A stretch of DNA of 60,796 nucleotides from Gemmatimonadales bacterium (lineage in GTDB: Bacteria > Gemmatimonadota > Gemmatimonadetes > Gemmatimonadales > GWC2-71-9): NCBI GenBank assembly GCA_035549935.1, contig DASZPT010000089.1:1-60796 (forward strand), read 5' to 3'. The translations under genes were made by a program, and so were the position numbers. A model generated the notes under the pieces. It saw only the letters and a program-made list of their open reading frames with translations, did not search any database and was not told the DNA's origin. Below are positions 42,782 through 51,947 of the stretch, one piece after another. Position 1 is the first letter of the stretch, and every line of letters starts with the position of its first letter.

Positions 42782-43505
42782 GCCGGATCAGTCCCTTCTC
42801 GGTCTCGAAGTACTCCCGGGTCCACCCCGGGAACTGCGCCATCCACTGGCGCACCATCTCCTGCTCGTCGCGACGGCGGGCATCATCCACCAGCACCACG
42901 CAATCCGGGCCGAGCCGGTCGGCGAGCTGCGGCATGGCGGGGAGCCGCGCGAGCGGCTGGTCACTGCCGGGCGGCCCGTCCACGAGCAGCATCCCGATCT
43001 CGGCGCCGGACTCCTGGATCGCGGCGCGGATGATGGTGGGGTCGTACCACTGGCCGCGATGTCCGCCACTCTGTACCGGGACGAGCGGCGCGTGGACCAG
43101 CTTCACGCGGTGGGCGAGCCCGTGGGTGGCGAGCAGCGCCTGGGTCGCGTCCCGGAAGCGGGCCTCGTGGTCCACCGAGATGATCTGGCACTTCCCGACG
43201 CGCTCGGCACCGTACGCCGCGATCACGGTCGAGATGCCGCTCCCCAGCTCCACGATCAGGGGCGGCTGCCGCGCCAGCACGGTGTGGATCACGTGGCGGA
43301 GCAGCTCCGGCGTCGCCATGTACGGCTGGATCAGGGGGAGCGGCACGCGCGGCTCGATCACGCTGTAGATCGCGAGCCAGGACTCGGTGCGGCGGTAGCG
43401 GATGTCGCTCTCGCGCTGGACCGACGTCACCACCGAGCGGAGGGCGACGAACATGCCGCCCGCGATCAGGGCGAGGGTGCCAATCACCAGCAGCCAGTCG
43501 GGCAT
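42765..43505 (-). CDS. Class I SAM-dependent methyltransferase with an N-terminal TM anchor
   Basis: Motif I IVELGSGISTV and later LLVDGPPG (Methyltransf_24-like). Confidence 0.7.
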   Translation of the reverse strand: MPDWLLVIGTLALIAGGMFVALRSVVTSVQRESDIRYRRTESWLAIYSVIEPRVPLPLIQPYMATPELLRHVIHTVLARQPPLIVELGSGISTVIAAYGAERVGKCQIISVDHEARFRDATQALLATHGLAHRVKLVHAPLVPVQSGGHRGQWYDPTIIRAAIQESGAEIGMLLVDGPPGSDQPLARLPAMPQLADRLGPDCVVLVDDARRRDEQEMVRQWMAQFPGWTREYFETEKGLIRLSRSR

Positions 43506-43587
43506 GGGACACGGGCCTCGGGGTGGACGAACTGGGCAACAACTTGGCCGGTTCGGGGCGAATCCGCCACGCCGCGCCCGGCCCGGC

Positions 43588-45093
43588 TCAGCTGACCTGC
43601 TGGAGGGCGAGGCTGGCGTGGATCCAGCGCGCGGCGTCCTGCAGTGTGAAGGTCCCGTCCCGGGCCTCCTCGCCGGTACGCTGGAGGAGGGAGAGGTCGC
43701 GCCCGGTTTCGAGGACGAGGAAGGGGACGAGCCCGGGGCTGCCGGCCGGCCGGCTCCGGTACCCGGTTCCCCGGTGCTCGAGTCCGCTGGCGCGGCTTCC
43801 GTAGAGCACGACGGTGGTCTCCGCCGGCAGGGCGGCGAGGTAGTGCCCGATCGCCTGGTCGACGTAGTGCATCACGTCGAAATACTGCTCCGCCTGGTCG
43901 GTGGCGCCGGGGAAGAAGCGGGCGAGCCCCCGGTCGTAGTTGCGGAAGAGGGGCTGGCTGGTGGCGGTGATGGCGAGCTGGAACTGGCGGCCGCTCCGCG
44001 CGGCGAAGTCCATCGCGGCGAACTGCAGCAGGTCGTCGTCCGGGACGCTCCAGCCGGCGAGCGGTGTCGGCCCCAGCGCCTCGAACTCCTCCCGGAAGAT
44101 GAGCCGCTCGAACCCCATCCGCGCGAAGGCCGAGCGCCGGCCGAAGACGTCCCCCGAGGCGCCATGGATCGCGGTGGTGCCGAAGCCCATCGCGGTCATG
44201 CGCTGGACGATGGTGTCGGTCCAGGGATAGCCGCGAATCTTGTAGGTCGGGACATCCGCCGAGGGCGTCCGGCCGGTGAGCAGGATGAAGTCGGCGTCGG
44301 AGCTGCCGAGGCAGCGCTCGGGGCGAACGGCGTAGCGCATCGCGCGGCGGGCCTGGGCATTGAGCTGGGGGGTGACCTCCTGGCCGCGGATCCGGAAGTC
44401 GAGCACCGCCCAGTCGAGCCGCTCCACCTGGAGAAAGACCATCCAGTGCGCGATCGGCGCCGGGGTCTCGACCGGGGTGAGCCGGTCGCTCCCTTCACCA
44501 GCGCGGGCGAGGGCCCGCTCGAGGAGGCGGGTCGGTTCGGTCCAGCGGTACTCGGCGGCCCAGGCGGGGAGGTAGCCGTAGACCGCGCCGAGTCCACCGA
44601 CGGTCTCCCACGCGGCGATGCGACCGAGCGGGCGGTACTGTGCGTTCACCACGACGAGGAGCAGCAGCCAGGCGCCGAGGGCCAGGGTCCCGGTGCTCCG
44701 ATCGGGCCCCGCGTGGACCAGGCCGAAGAGGAGCAGGAGCTTGAGGAGGTACGAGGCGAGCAGGACCAGGTGTGACGGCACGAGGCCGGCGCGCGTGATC
44801 GCGGTCAGCGGCGCCCCCTCCGGGCGGCGGAGCAGTACCAGTACCGAGAGCGGTTGGCGGCAGGTCTCGTAGTAGACCATCGCGACGAGATAGAACAGCG
44901 CCGAGCCCGCGAACCAGAACGGCAGGAGGAGCCGGGGCAGGAAGGCGACGAGCGCGGTGAAGGCGCAGAGATCGAACGCGAAGCGGAGCCCCCGGTCGAG
45001 GATGGGATCGACCTGCCCCTGCGCCTGGGGCGACATGAGGGTGCGCTCCTGGACGAGCCACGCCTCGATCGCGCACCAGAGGACCAGGATCAT
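43588..45093 (-). CDS. LtaS/EptA-like sulfatase-fold membrane protein with degenerate metal-binding residues
   Basis: N-terminal polytopic region. FLQVERLDW aligns with FLQLETFRG of the 46229 paralog, but YGSRASGLEH replaces MGDHGYNLGEH. Confidence 0.7.
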   Translation of the reverse strand: MILVLWCAIEAWLVQERTLMSPQAQGQVDPILDRGLRFAFDLCAFTALVAFLPRLLLPFWFAGSALFYLVAMVYYETCRQPLSVLVLLRRPEGAPLTAITRAGLVPSHLVLLASYLLKLLLLFGLVHAGPDRSTGTLALGAWLLLLVVVNAQYRPLGRIAAWETVGGLGAVYGYLPAWAAEYRWTEPTRLLERALARAGEGSDRLTPVETPAPIAHWMVFLQVERLDWAVLDFRIRGQEVTPQLNAQARRAMRYAVRPERCLGSSDADFILLTGRTPSADVPTYKIRGYPWTDTIVQRMTAMGFGTTAIHGASGDVFGRRSAFARMGFERLIFREEFEALGPTPLAGWSVPDDDLLQFAAMDFAARSGRQFQLAITATSQPLFRNYDRGLARFFPGATDQAEQYFDVMHYVDQAIGHYLAALPAETTVVLYGSRASGLEHRGTGYRSRPAGSPGLVPFLVLETGRDLSLLQRTGEEARDGTFTLQDAARWIHASLALQQVS

Positions 45094-46232
45094 GGCGCGC
45101 GACCACCGGGGCCGAAGCGCGCGCGGGCCTCGTCGTAGCGCTCTTCCAGCGCGCGGACCCGGGCGCGGTTGTCATACTCGCGGAGCATCTTCTCACGCGC
45201 GGCGGCGCCGAGCGCGGCGCAATGGGCGGGGTCGGTGACGACCCGCCGGAGCCGCGCGGCGAGGGTCTCGGCGTCGCGCTCCGGCACCAGGTAGCCGGTC
45301 ACGCCGTCGTCGATGATCTCGGGGATGCCGCCATGCCGCGTCCCGATCGGCACGGCCCCGGCGGCGCTCGCCTCCTTCACCACGATCAGGCCCGATTCGC
45401 GGTTCCCCGATCCCGGCTCCACCACGCTGGGCGCGAGCAGCACGTGCGCGGTGGCGAGGATCGCGGCGACCCGCTCGGGGGGGAGGACTCCCGCGAAGGT
45501 CACCCGCGCCTCGAGTCCGTGCCCGCGCACGATCGCCCGGAGCGCCGGTTCGCGGTCGCCTTCGCCGATCAGGGTGAGCCGGAGGGCGGGGACTTCCCCG
45601 GCGACCGCCGCGAAGGCGCGCAGGCCGTACTCGAAGCCCTTCTTCTCGACGAAGCGTCCGACCATCACCACCTGCGACGGGGCCGCGGCGCGCTCCCCGG
45701 GGCGGAAGGCGTCGACATCGATCCCGAGGCGGTGCACCCGGAGCCGGTCGCGGTCCACGCCCTGGGCCGCGAGGAGCTCCAGCAACTCGCCCGAGGCGCA
45801 GAGGCCGAGCGTCATCTCGCGGAGGACCGCGGGGCCGAGCAGCGCGTAGCGCAGGTGCTCGGGGAGCCAGCGGCGTGGGCTCGCCAGGATCGGGACGTCG
45901 TAGCCGTGGAAGGTCACCACCAGCGGCAGGCGGTGCCGGCGCGCGAAGGGGAGGGCGTAGACGGCGCCGGGGCCGAAGTGGGCATGCACCAGGGCGTAGC
46001 CCCGCTCGCGGAAGCGGGCATCGAACCGGGCGGAGCGGCGGGTCACGCGGTAGAGCGGGCCGCCGACGAAGACCGGGGCCCAGGGGAATCGTTCCGGCAG
46101 CATCCGTACGCCGCAGAAGACTTCGGCGGCGTAGCGCTGGTGGAGCCGGATCTCCTCGTAGACGAAGGTCTGCGAGTAGGGAAGGAAGCGGGTGTTGAAG
46201 AGGGCGACGGGTAGCGGGGCCGCGCCGCTCAT
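45090..46232 (-). CDS. GT4 (group 1) glycosyltransferase
   Basis: VVTFHGYD..., GRFVEKKG..., E.G.IVVKEASAAGAVPIGTRHGGIPEII (EX7E). ATGA overlaps on both sides. Confidence 0.85.
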   Translation of the reverse strand: MSGAAPLPVALFNTRFLPYSQTFVYEEIRLHQRYAAEVFCGVRMLPERFPWAPVFVGGPLYRVTRRSARFDARFRERGYALVHAHFGPGAVYALPFARRHRLPLVVTFHGYDVPILASPRRWLPEHLRYALLGPAVLREMTLGLCASGELLELLAAQGVDRDRLRVHRLGIDVDAFRPGERAAAPSQVVMVGRFVEKKGFEYGLRAFAAVAGEVPALRLTLIGEGDREPALRAIVRGHGLEARVTFAGVLPPERVAAILATAHVLLAPSVVEPGSGNRESGLIVVKEASAAGAVPIGTRHGGIPEIIDDGVTGYLVPERDAETLAARLRRVVTDPAHCAALGAAAREKMLREYDNRARVRALEERYDEARARFGPGGRAP

Positions 46233-48211
46233 CGTCCCGCTCCCGGCGGGGGTCGGCGGAACCAGACCCGGTCGCTCTCGATCAGGTAGTCCCAGAGCTG
46301 CTGCTGGCCGCGGATGTCCCGCTCGAGGCGGGCCGCCGCCTCCGGGAAGCGGAGGGCGACATCGTCATGCTGCAGCGGATCGTGGGTGGCATCGTAGAGA
46401 TGGGCCTGCGCGGTGCCGGGATCCAGGACCATGCTCCACTCCCGGGTCTCGGCGAAGAGCACGTCGCCCCGCGCCACACCCAGTTCGGCCTTTCCCGGAT
46501 CGGGGGCGAGGAGGCTCCGGCCGAGCCAGGGGGTGGTGTCCCGGATCCCCATCAGGTCGGCGACCGTCGGGGCGAGGTCGAGTTGCGAGGCCGGCTCATC
46601 GTGCCGGCCGGCGGGCAGGCGGGGATGGACGCCATGAATGAGGAACGGTACCCAGACCGATTCGCGCCAGCCGTTGCGCTGTCCCGGCGTGCCGTCGTGC
46701 TCACCCAGGTTGTAGCCGTGGTCGCCCATGATCACGAGCAGGGTCCGCCCGAACCACGGCTCCCGCGCCAGCGAATCCACGAACTCCCGCACCACATCGT
46801 CGGTGTAGTGCAGCGTGTTGAGGATCGCTTCCGACGGGGTGCGGGCGGGGCCGAGGTCGAGCGCCGGCTCCCGGCTGCGGAAGGGATAGTGGTTGCTGAT
46901 CGAGACCACGGTGGCGAAGAACGGGGCGGGGCCCCGGCCCAGCTGCCGGATCCGGCCGAGGGCATCGTGGAAGACGCGGCGGTCGAGTTCGTTCGCGTCG
47001 GGGTAGAAGGTGACCTCGTCGTACCAGCGGCGGAGCCAGATCGTCTGGTTGTCCCAGTCGGGGTCGCTGCCGGTGAAATAGGCGGTGTGCCAGCCGTGCG
47101 CCCGGGCCACCGCGGGGAGACACTGCAGCGCGGTGCCGGTGTAGGTGGTGCTGATGCTCTGGGAGGAATGGGGCAGCACCGAGCAGTGCCCCGCCATGAA
47201 TCCGTTGATCGTGGGCGGGCCGAAGCTCACGAAGCGGGACCACCAGGCGGTGCGGGCATCCGCCGCGAGGTGATCGAGAAAGGGTGTGGGAGAGGGCGCC
47301 CGGTCCGGCCGCAGGAACCCCATGTCCCAGCCGCGGAAGGTCTCGAGCTGGAGGAAGATCACGTTGGGCCGGAGCGTGTCGGGCGACGGCGTGACGGGCA
47401 CCCGCACGAGGGGATAGCGGGGGTCGCCGAGGAAGCGCCAGGCGCCGGTGCCGTCGGCGGCGAGCCAGCGCCCCTGCCAGGCCGCCGCGACCCGGTCGAG
47501 GTCGGCGGGTGCGACGGCGGGGCGCGCGTCGCTCAGGAGCTCGAGCCCGAGGGTCACGATCTCGGGCCGCACCCGGTTCCGGGGAAAGTGGCCGCCGGGG
47601 AGGTTGTAGACCACGAGGGTGAAGGTGAGCGGGAGCGCCGCCGTGGCGAGGGCACCCCGTACCGGCCAGATGATGGTGCCGTGCCGGTCGGCGTCGATGA
47701 TCCGCCGGCCGCGCCACCAGGTCATCCCCATCCCGAGCAAGAGGAGGATGAACGGGAGCCAGGGACCGCCCCGGTCGGTGGTGAAGACGTGGAGCATGTC
47801 GGAGCCCCACGCGCTCACCCGTTCGTAGGTGCGGAGCAGCGAGAACGTGAGATGGGTGCCCAGGAAGCGCATCACCTCGTTGTCCGCGTGATCGAGCCCG
47901 ACGGTGAGCACCAGGAGGACCAGCAGGGCGGTGTGCCAGCGCCGGGCGCTCCGGGCGGTGGCGCCGCCGCGATAGGCGACGAGCCAGCGGGCGAGGAACG
48001 GCAGCGTCACCAGCAGGACGCCCATCAGGTTGTAGAAGAGCGCCTTGCCGAAGTAGACCACGCCGTCGCGCACGTAGGCCCCGCCGTAGGGCGTGGGCCG
48101 GGCGAAGAGGAGCAGCTCCTGCGCCGCCATGACCGCCCAGGCCAGCGCCGCGAGCCGGAGCGCCACGAGGAACTCGCGCGCGGCGCTCCGCTCAGGAGTG
48201 GGCGCGGGCAT
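46229..48211 (-). CDS. Sulfatase-fold membrane transferase (LtaS / phosphoethanolamine- or phosphoglycerol-transferase family)
   Basis: About 250-aa polytopic N-terminus. Catalytic-domain blocks IFLQLETFRGWD, PPTINGFMAGHCS and VIMGDHGYNLGEHDG. Confidence 0.8.
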   Translation of the reverse strand: MPAPTPERSAAREFLVALRLAALAWAVMAAQELLLFARPTPYGGAYVRDGVVYFGKALFYNLMGVLLVTLPFLARWLVAYRGGATARSARRWHTALLVLLVLTVGLDHADNEVMRFLGTHLTFSLLRTYERVSAWGSDMLHVFTTDRGGPWLPFILLLLGMGMTWWRGRRIIDADRHGTIIWPVRGALATAALPLTFTLVVYNLPGGHFPRNRVRPEIVTLGLELLSDARPAVAPADLDRVAAAWQGRWLAADGTGAWRFLGDPRYPLVRVPVTPSPDTLRPNVIFLQLETFRGWDMGFLRPDRAPSPTPFLDHLAADARTAWWSRFVSFGPPTINGFMAGHCSVLPHSSQSISTTYTGTALQCLPAVARAHGWHTAYFTGSDPDWDNQTIWLRRWYDEVTFYPDANELDRRVFHDALGRIRQLGRGPAPFFATVVSISNHYPFRSREPALDLGPARTPSEAILNTLHYTDDVVREFVDSLAREPWFGRTLLVIMGDHGYNLGEHDGTPGQRNGWRESVWVPFLIHGVHPRLPAGRHDEPASQLDLAPTVADLMGIRDTTPWLGRSLLAPDPGKAELGVARGDVLFAETREWSMVLDPGTAQAHLYDATHDPLQHDDVALRFPEAAARLERDIRGQQQLWDYLIESDRVWFRRPPPGAGR

Positions 48212-49373
48212 GCCGGGCTTCGATCGCGGCCACGGCCGGGGCCAGCGCGTCGGCCATGATCGCCGCGGTGCGCGCGGCGCCGAGATCGGTGGGGTGGATA
48301 TGGTCGTGGAAATTCTCGGGGTGACCCGAGAGCGGCGTCACGTCGATGACGTGGTCGGCCGGGATCTCCTCGTCGATCACCTGGTAGATCCGCCGGAAGG
48401 CGTCGACGTGGGCGTCGTGGTCGAAGCCGTGGAAGTCGTAGCGGCAGCGGGCCCGCTCGCTCGCCGGGAGGCCCGGGACGATGAGGGTGGCCTGCTTTCC
48501 GACGAAGAGCTCCATGCCGAGCGTCTGGGCGGTGCTCCGGATCAGGCGGAGATTGGTGCGGAAGATCTCGAGGCCGCGGGTGTCGTAGTGGTCGGCGAGG
48601 GTGGTGCTGAACTGGCCGCCCCCCGCTTCGCCATTCACCGTGGGCGAGAAATGCAGCCGCACCTTGGTGAGCAGCTGGGACCAGCGCGCGAGCCAATCGT
48701 ACCAGCGGGGCGCGTAGATCGTGACCGGGACGGTGGCGTCGAGGCCCCACGATCCGTCCGGCAGGGTGCGCCAGTCGGCGATCCGGTCGACCTGCTTGAA
48801 GTAGTACATCTCGTTCCAGCCGTGGTAGACCACGACGATGTCCGGCTGGTAGAACCGCACCCGGCTCCACAGCCGCCCCATCGACTCGAAGGTGGAGTAG
48901 CCGCCCAGCGCGGCGTTGAGGAACTCGATCTTCGCGGTGCGCCCGGGGCGATGCCGCAGGTTCTCCGCCACCTGCCAGGGCCAGGTCACCGAGTCGGGGA
49001 GCAGGGTCCCGGTGCCGGCGGTGGAGGACTCGCCGAGGAACGCGATCCGGATCGTGTTCGGCGGCTTGACCGGCGAGATCTCCGGGGTCGAGATGAATCC
49101 CTCGCGGTTCACCGTCTTGACCACTTTCCCGTCGCGATACACGCCGGGGCGGCCGCGCAGGGCGGAGAAGGCGTCGAGGAAGGCCCAGTCGGCGATGGGA
49201 TGGCTCGCCACCGCGCGCCCGGTGAGGGCCCAGAGATCCTCGTAGCGGGTGGTGACCCGGACGTAGATCTCCGCCCCGAGCAGGACCAGCAGGCTGGGGA
49301 CGATGGCGATCAGCGCGGTGAGGCGGCGCTTGGCCTGGTGGGACAGCCGGCCTGGGCCGGCGGGGCCCGTCAT
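48192..49373 (-). CDS. SGNH/GDSL-type hydrolase or acyl-esterase with an N-terminal TM anchor
   Basis: IRIAFLGESSTAG (block I) and HDHIHPTDLGA (block V, DxxH). Confidence 0.7.
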   Translation of the reverse strand: MTGPAGPGRLSHQAKRRLTALIAIVPSLLVLLGAEIYVRVTTRYEDLWALTGRAVASHPIADWAFLDAFSALRGRPGVYRDGKVVKTVNREGFISTPEISPVKPPNTIRIAFLGESSTAGTGTLLPDSVTWPWQVAENLRHRPGRTAKIEFLNAALGGYSTFESMGRLWSRVRFYQPDIVVVYHGWNEMYYFKQVDRIADWRTLPDGSWGLDATVPVTIYAPRWYDWLARWSQLLTKVRLHFSPTVNGEAGGGQFSTTLADHYDTRGLEIFRTNLRLIRSTAQTLGMELFVGKQATLIVPGLPASERARCRYDFHGFDHDAHVDAFRRIYQVIDEEIPADHVIDVTPLSGHPENFHDHIHPTDLGAARTAAIMADALAPAVAAIEARHARAHS

Positions 49374-49470
49374 GACGGCTCCTCTCGCGGGAAACAGTGC
49401 TGCCGGGCAGGTATTCTAATGCAGGCGGGCCGCCCTTATCATTACGCCGCCCCTGCATCCGGAGCCGGTT

Positions 49471-51135
49471 CTGCGTCGCTGGTGCCTGCTGCTACTCCCG
49501 TTCGTGCTCACGCTGCCGGCCGCCGCCCAGGACAGCCTCCCCCAGCCTCCCAGGGATTCCGCCTTCGGGCCCATCGGGACGCTGGGTGATACGGTCCGGC
49601 CCCAGGTCGAACGCGATTCCCTGGGGCGGCCGATCATCAAGTACATCGAGATTCACCGCTCCGACATCTTCGACACGACCGAGGCCCACAGCTTCATCGC
49701 GAAGCTGATGAACGGGCTGCACTTCATGACCGCGCCCTCGGTCGTGAGCCGCGAAATCCTCTTCAAGGTCGGCGAACCGTACGACTCCTCGGACGTGGCG
49801 GAGACGGCGCGCAACCTCCGCACCGTCGCCGTCTTCCGCAAGGTCCGGATCGACAGCGTCACCACCGATACCGGGTTCACCGTGAAGGTCTTCACCCAGG
49901 ACGGCTGGTCCACCCAGGCGGACCTCCGCTTCCGGAGCGCCGGGAACCAGACCGACTGGCAGGTGGCGCTCATCGAGAAGAACCTCATCGGCACCGCGAC
50001 CCGCTTCGCGATCCGCTACCGGCACACCCCCGACCGCAACCAGCTCGGCTTCCAGTTCCTGCAGCCCCGGCTCTTCCGGCGCACCGTGCTGCTCGGCCTC
50101 CGCTACGAGACCCGGAGCGACGGCAAGCGCGGCTCGGTGGCGATCGAGCGGCCGTTCTTCTCGCTGCGCGACAAGGCGGGGATTTCCACCCTGCTCGATG
50201 TGCGCAACGAGCGGATGCTGCGGTTCCGGGAGGGGTTCGCCGACGCGAGCGATTCCCTGCGCCGGAAGTTCCTGCTCGGCCGGGTCGAGGTGGCGAAGGC
50301 GATTCACCGGAGCAACCGCGGCTATCTCCGGGTGGGCTTCAACGCCCAGGTGCGGCGCGACGACTTCGGGCCCTGGCCCCAGAAGAACCTCGAGCAGAGC
50401 GTCACCGGCGCCTTCGGGCCGTTCATCGAGTGGCGCCGCGCCAATTTCATCGTGATGCGCGGCTTCACCAAGATCGGCCAGGACGAAGATGTCGACGTGA
50501 GCAACTTCGCGCGGCTGGGGCTCACCCTGGCGCCGGATTTCCTGGGCTACGACTCCAGCGGGGTAGGCCTGCTGGGGCAGGTCCGCTTCGGGACCCGCCT
50601 CTTCCACGGCGGCTTCGCCTGGGTGGACGCCCGCGCCAACGGGCTCTACACCGCCGGCGGTCTCGACTCGGGCTCGGTGACCCTGGGGGGCACCGCGGTG
50701 GTGATGCCGGCGCGCAAGCACCTGCTGATCAGCCACGCCGACATCGGCTGGATCAAGAACCCGCTGCCGGGCTACGAGTTCGACCTGGGCTTCTCGCAGG
50801 GACCGCGGGGCTTCCCGATCCACGCCTTCACCGGCGACCGCACCTACTTCGCGACCGCCGAGTATCGCTACATCTTCGGCCAGGACGTCTTCAAGGCGAT
50901 CGACCTCGGTGTCGCCGGGTTCGTGGATCACGGTGGGGCGTGGTACAATGGCAGCGCCCGCCGGACCGGGACCAACCTCGGCTTCGGGCTGCGGCTCGGC
51001 CCCTCCCGCGCGGCCGATTCCAACCCGACCCGGCTCGACCTGGCCTACCGCTTCAAGAACGACCGGCAGAAGGCGGGATGGGTCTTCGTGGTGGCCTCCG
51101 GTCTCGTGTTCAGTACCCAGCCTCGCGGTCAGTAA
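49471..51135 (+). CDS. Omp85/BamA-TamA-family outer-membrane protein (POTRA plus beta-barrel)
   Basis: The ORF track starts at GTG 49504 (MLTLPAAAQD), which lacks a signal peptide. The in-frame upstream CTG 49471, with GGAG 6 nt upstream, yields RRWCLLLLPFVLTLPAAAQD. POTRA-like FKVGEPYDSSDVAETARNLR; beta-barrel C-terminus. Confidence 0.75.
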   Translation: MRRWCLLLLPFVLTLPAAAQDSLPQPPRDSAFGPIGTLGDTVRPQVERDSLGRPIIKYIEIHRSDIFDTTEAHSFIAKLMNGLHFMTAPSVVSREILFKVGEPYDSSDVAETARNLRTVAVFRKVRIDSVTTDTGFTVKVFTQDGWSTQADLRFRSAGNQTDWQVALIEKNLIGTATRFAIRYRHTPDRNQLGFQFLQPRLFRRTVLLGLRYETRSDGKRGSVAIERPFFSLRDKAGISTLLDVRNERMLRFREGFADASDSLRRKFLLGRVEVAKAIHRSNRGYLRVGFNAQVRRDDFGPWPQKNLEQSVTGAFGPFIEWRRANFIVMRGFTKIGQDEDVDVSNFARLGLTLAPDFLGYDSSGVGLLGQVRFGTRLFHGGFAWVDARANGLYTAGGLDSGSVTLGGTAVVMPARKHLLISHADIGWIKNPLPGYEFDLGFSQGPRGFPIHAFTGDRTYFATAEYRYIFGQDVFKAIDLGVAGFVDHGGAWYNGSARRTGTNLGFGLRLGPSRAADSNPTRLDLAYRFKNDRQKAGWVFVVASGLVFSTQPRGQ

Positions 51136-51151
51136 GGGAGGAGAGGAATCC

Positions 51152-51562
51152 ATGTCGACGCCGGACGCCGCCGCGGCCCCGCCGCCTCGCCGCTTTCCCC
51201 GCATCCGCACGGTGCTGCTGCTGGTGGTGTTCGGCACGCTGGCGGTGCTGTCGATCTACACCTGGCTCGCGCTCCACTGGGACTACTCCAACGGGTACCG
51301 GAGCGGGATCCTGCAGAAGTTTTCGCAGAAGGGCTGGCTCTGCAAGACCGACGAGGGGGAGCTGCTGCAGTACACGACCATGACCAACCTGCCGCAGAAC
51401 ATCTGGTATTTCACCGTGCGGGACCACAGCGTGAAGCTGGCGCTCGACACCCTGGTGGGAAGGAACGTGCGGCTCCACTACACCGAGCACCGCGGCGTGC
51501 CCACCAGCTGTTTCGGCGATACGAACTACTACGTGGACGGTGTGACCGTCATCAAGGAGTAG
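51152..51562 (+). CDS. Small membrane-anchored hypothetical protein
   Basis: Strong SD GGGAGGAGAGG; TM TVLLLVVFGTLAVLSIYTWLAL. 136 aa. Confidence 0.6.
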   Translation: MSTPDAAAAPPPRRFPRIRTVLLLVVFGTLAVLSIYTWLALHWDYSNGYRSGILQKFSQKGWLCKTDEGELLQYTTMTNLPQNIWYFTVRDHSVKLALDTLVGRNVRLHYTEHRGVPTSCFGDTNYYVDGVTVIKE

Positions 51563-51566
51563 TCCC

Positions 51567-51947
51567 ATGCACCCGGTCCAGGTGCCGGGCGCGCCGCCCC
51601 CGGCGGGTCACTATTCCCAGGCGATCGTGCACAATGGCGTGGTCTATGTCGCGGGCCAGCTGCCGATCGTTCCCGGCTCCTCCGCCCATGTCGTCGGCAG
51701 CATCGAGGAACAGACCCGCCAGGTGCTGGCCAATATCGGTGCGATCCTCGAGGCGGCCGGGAGCGGTCTCGATCGGGTTCTCCAGATGACGGTCTACGTC
51801 ACCGATATCGAGCTCTGGGGCCGCTTCAACGCGACGTACGCCGAGGTGATGGGCAGCCACCGTCCGGCCCGGGCGGTGGTCCCGGTGAAGACCCTGCACT
51901 ACGGCTACCAGGTCGAGGTGCAGGCGATCGCCGCACTGCGGGAATGA
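51567..51947 (+). CDS. RidA/YjgF-family reactive-intermediate deaminase
   Basis: PPAGHYSQAIVHNGVVYVAGQLP...RVLQMTVYVTD...ARA.V.V..L. Confidence 0.9.
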   Translation: MHPVQVPGAPPPAGHYSQAIVHNGVVYVAGQLPIVPGSSAHVVGSIEEQTRQVLANIGAILEAAGSGLDRVLQMTVYVTDIELWGRFNATYAEVMGSHRPARAVVPVKTLHYGYQVEVQAIAALRE

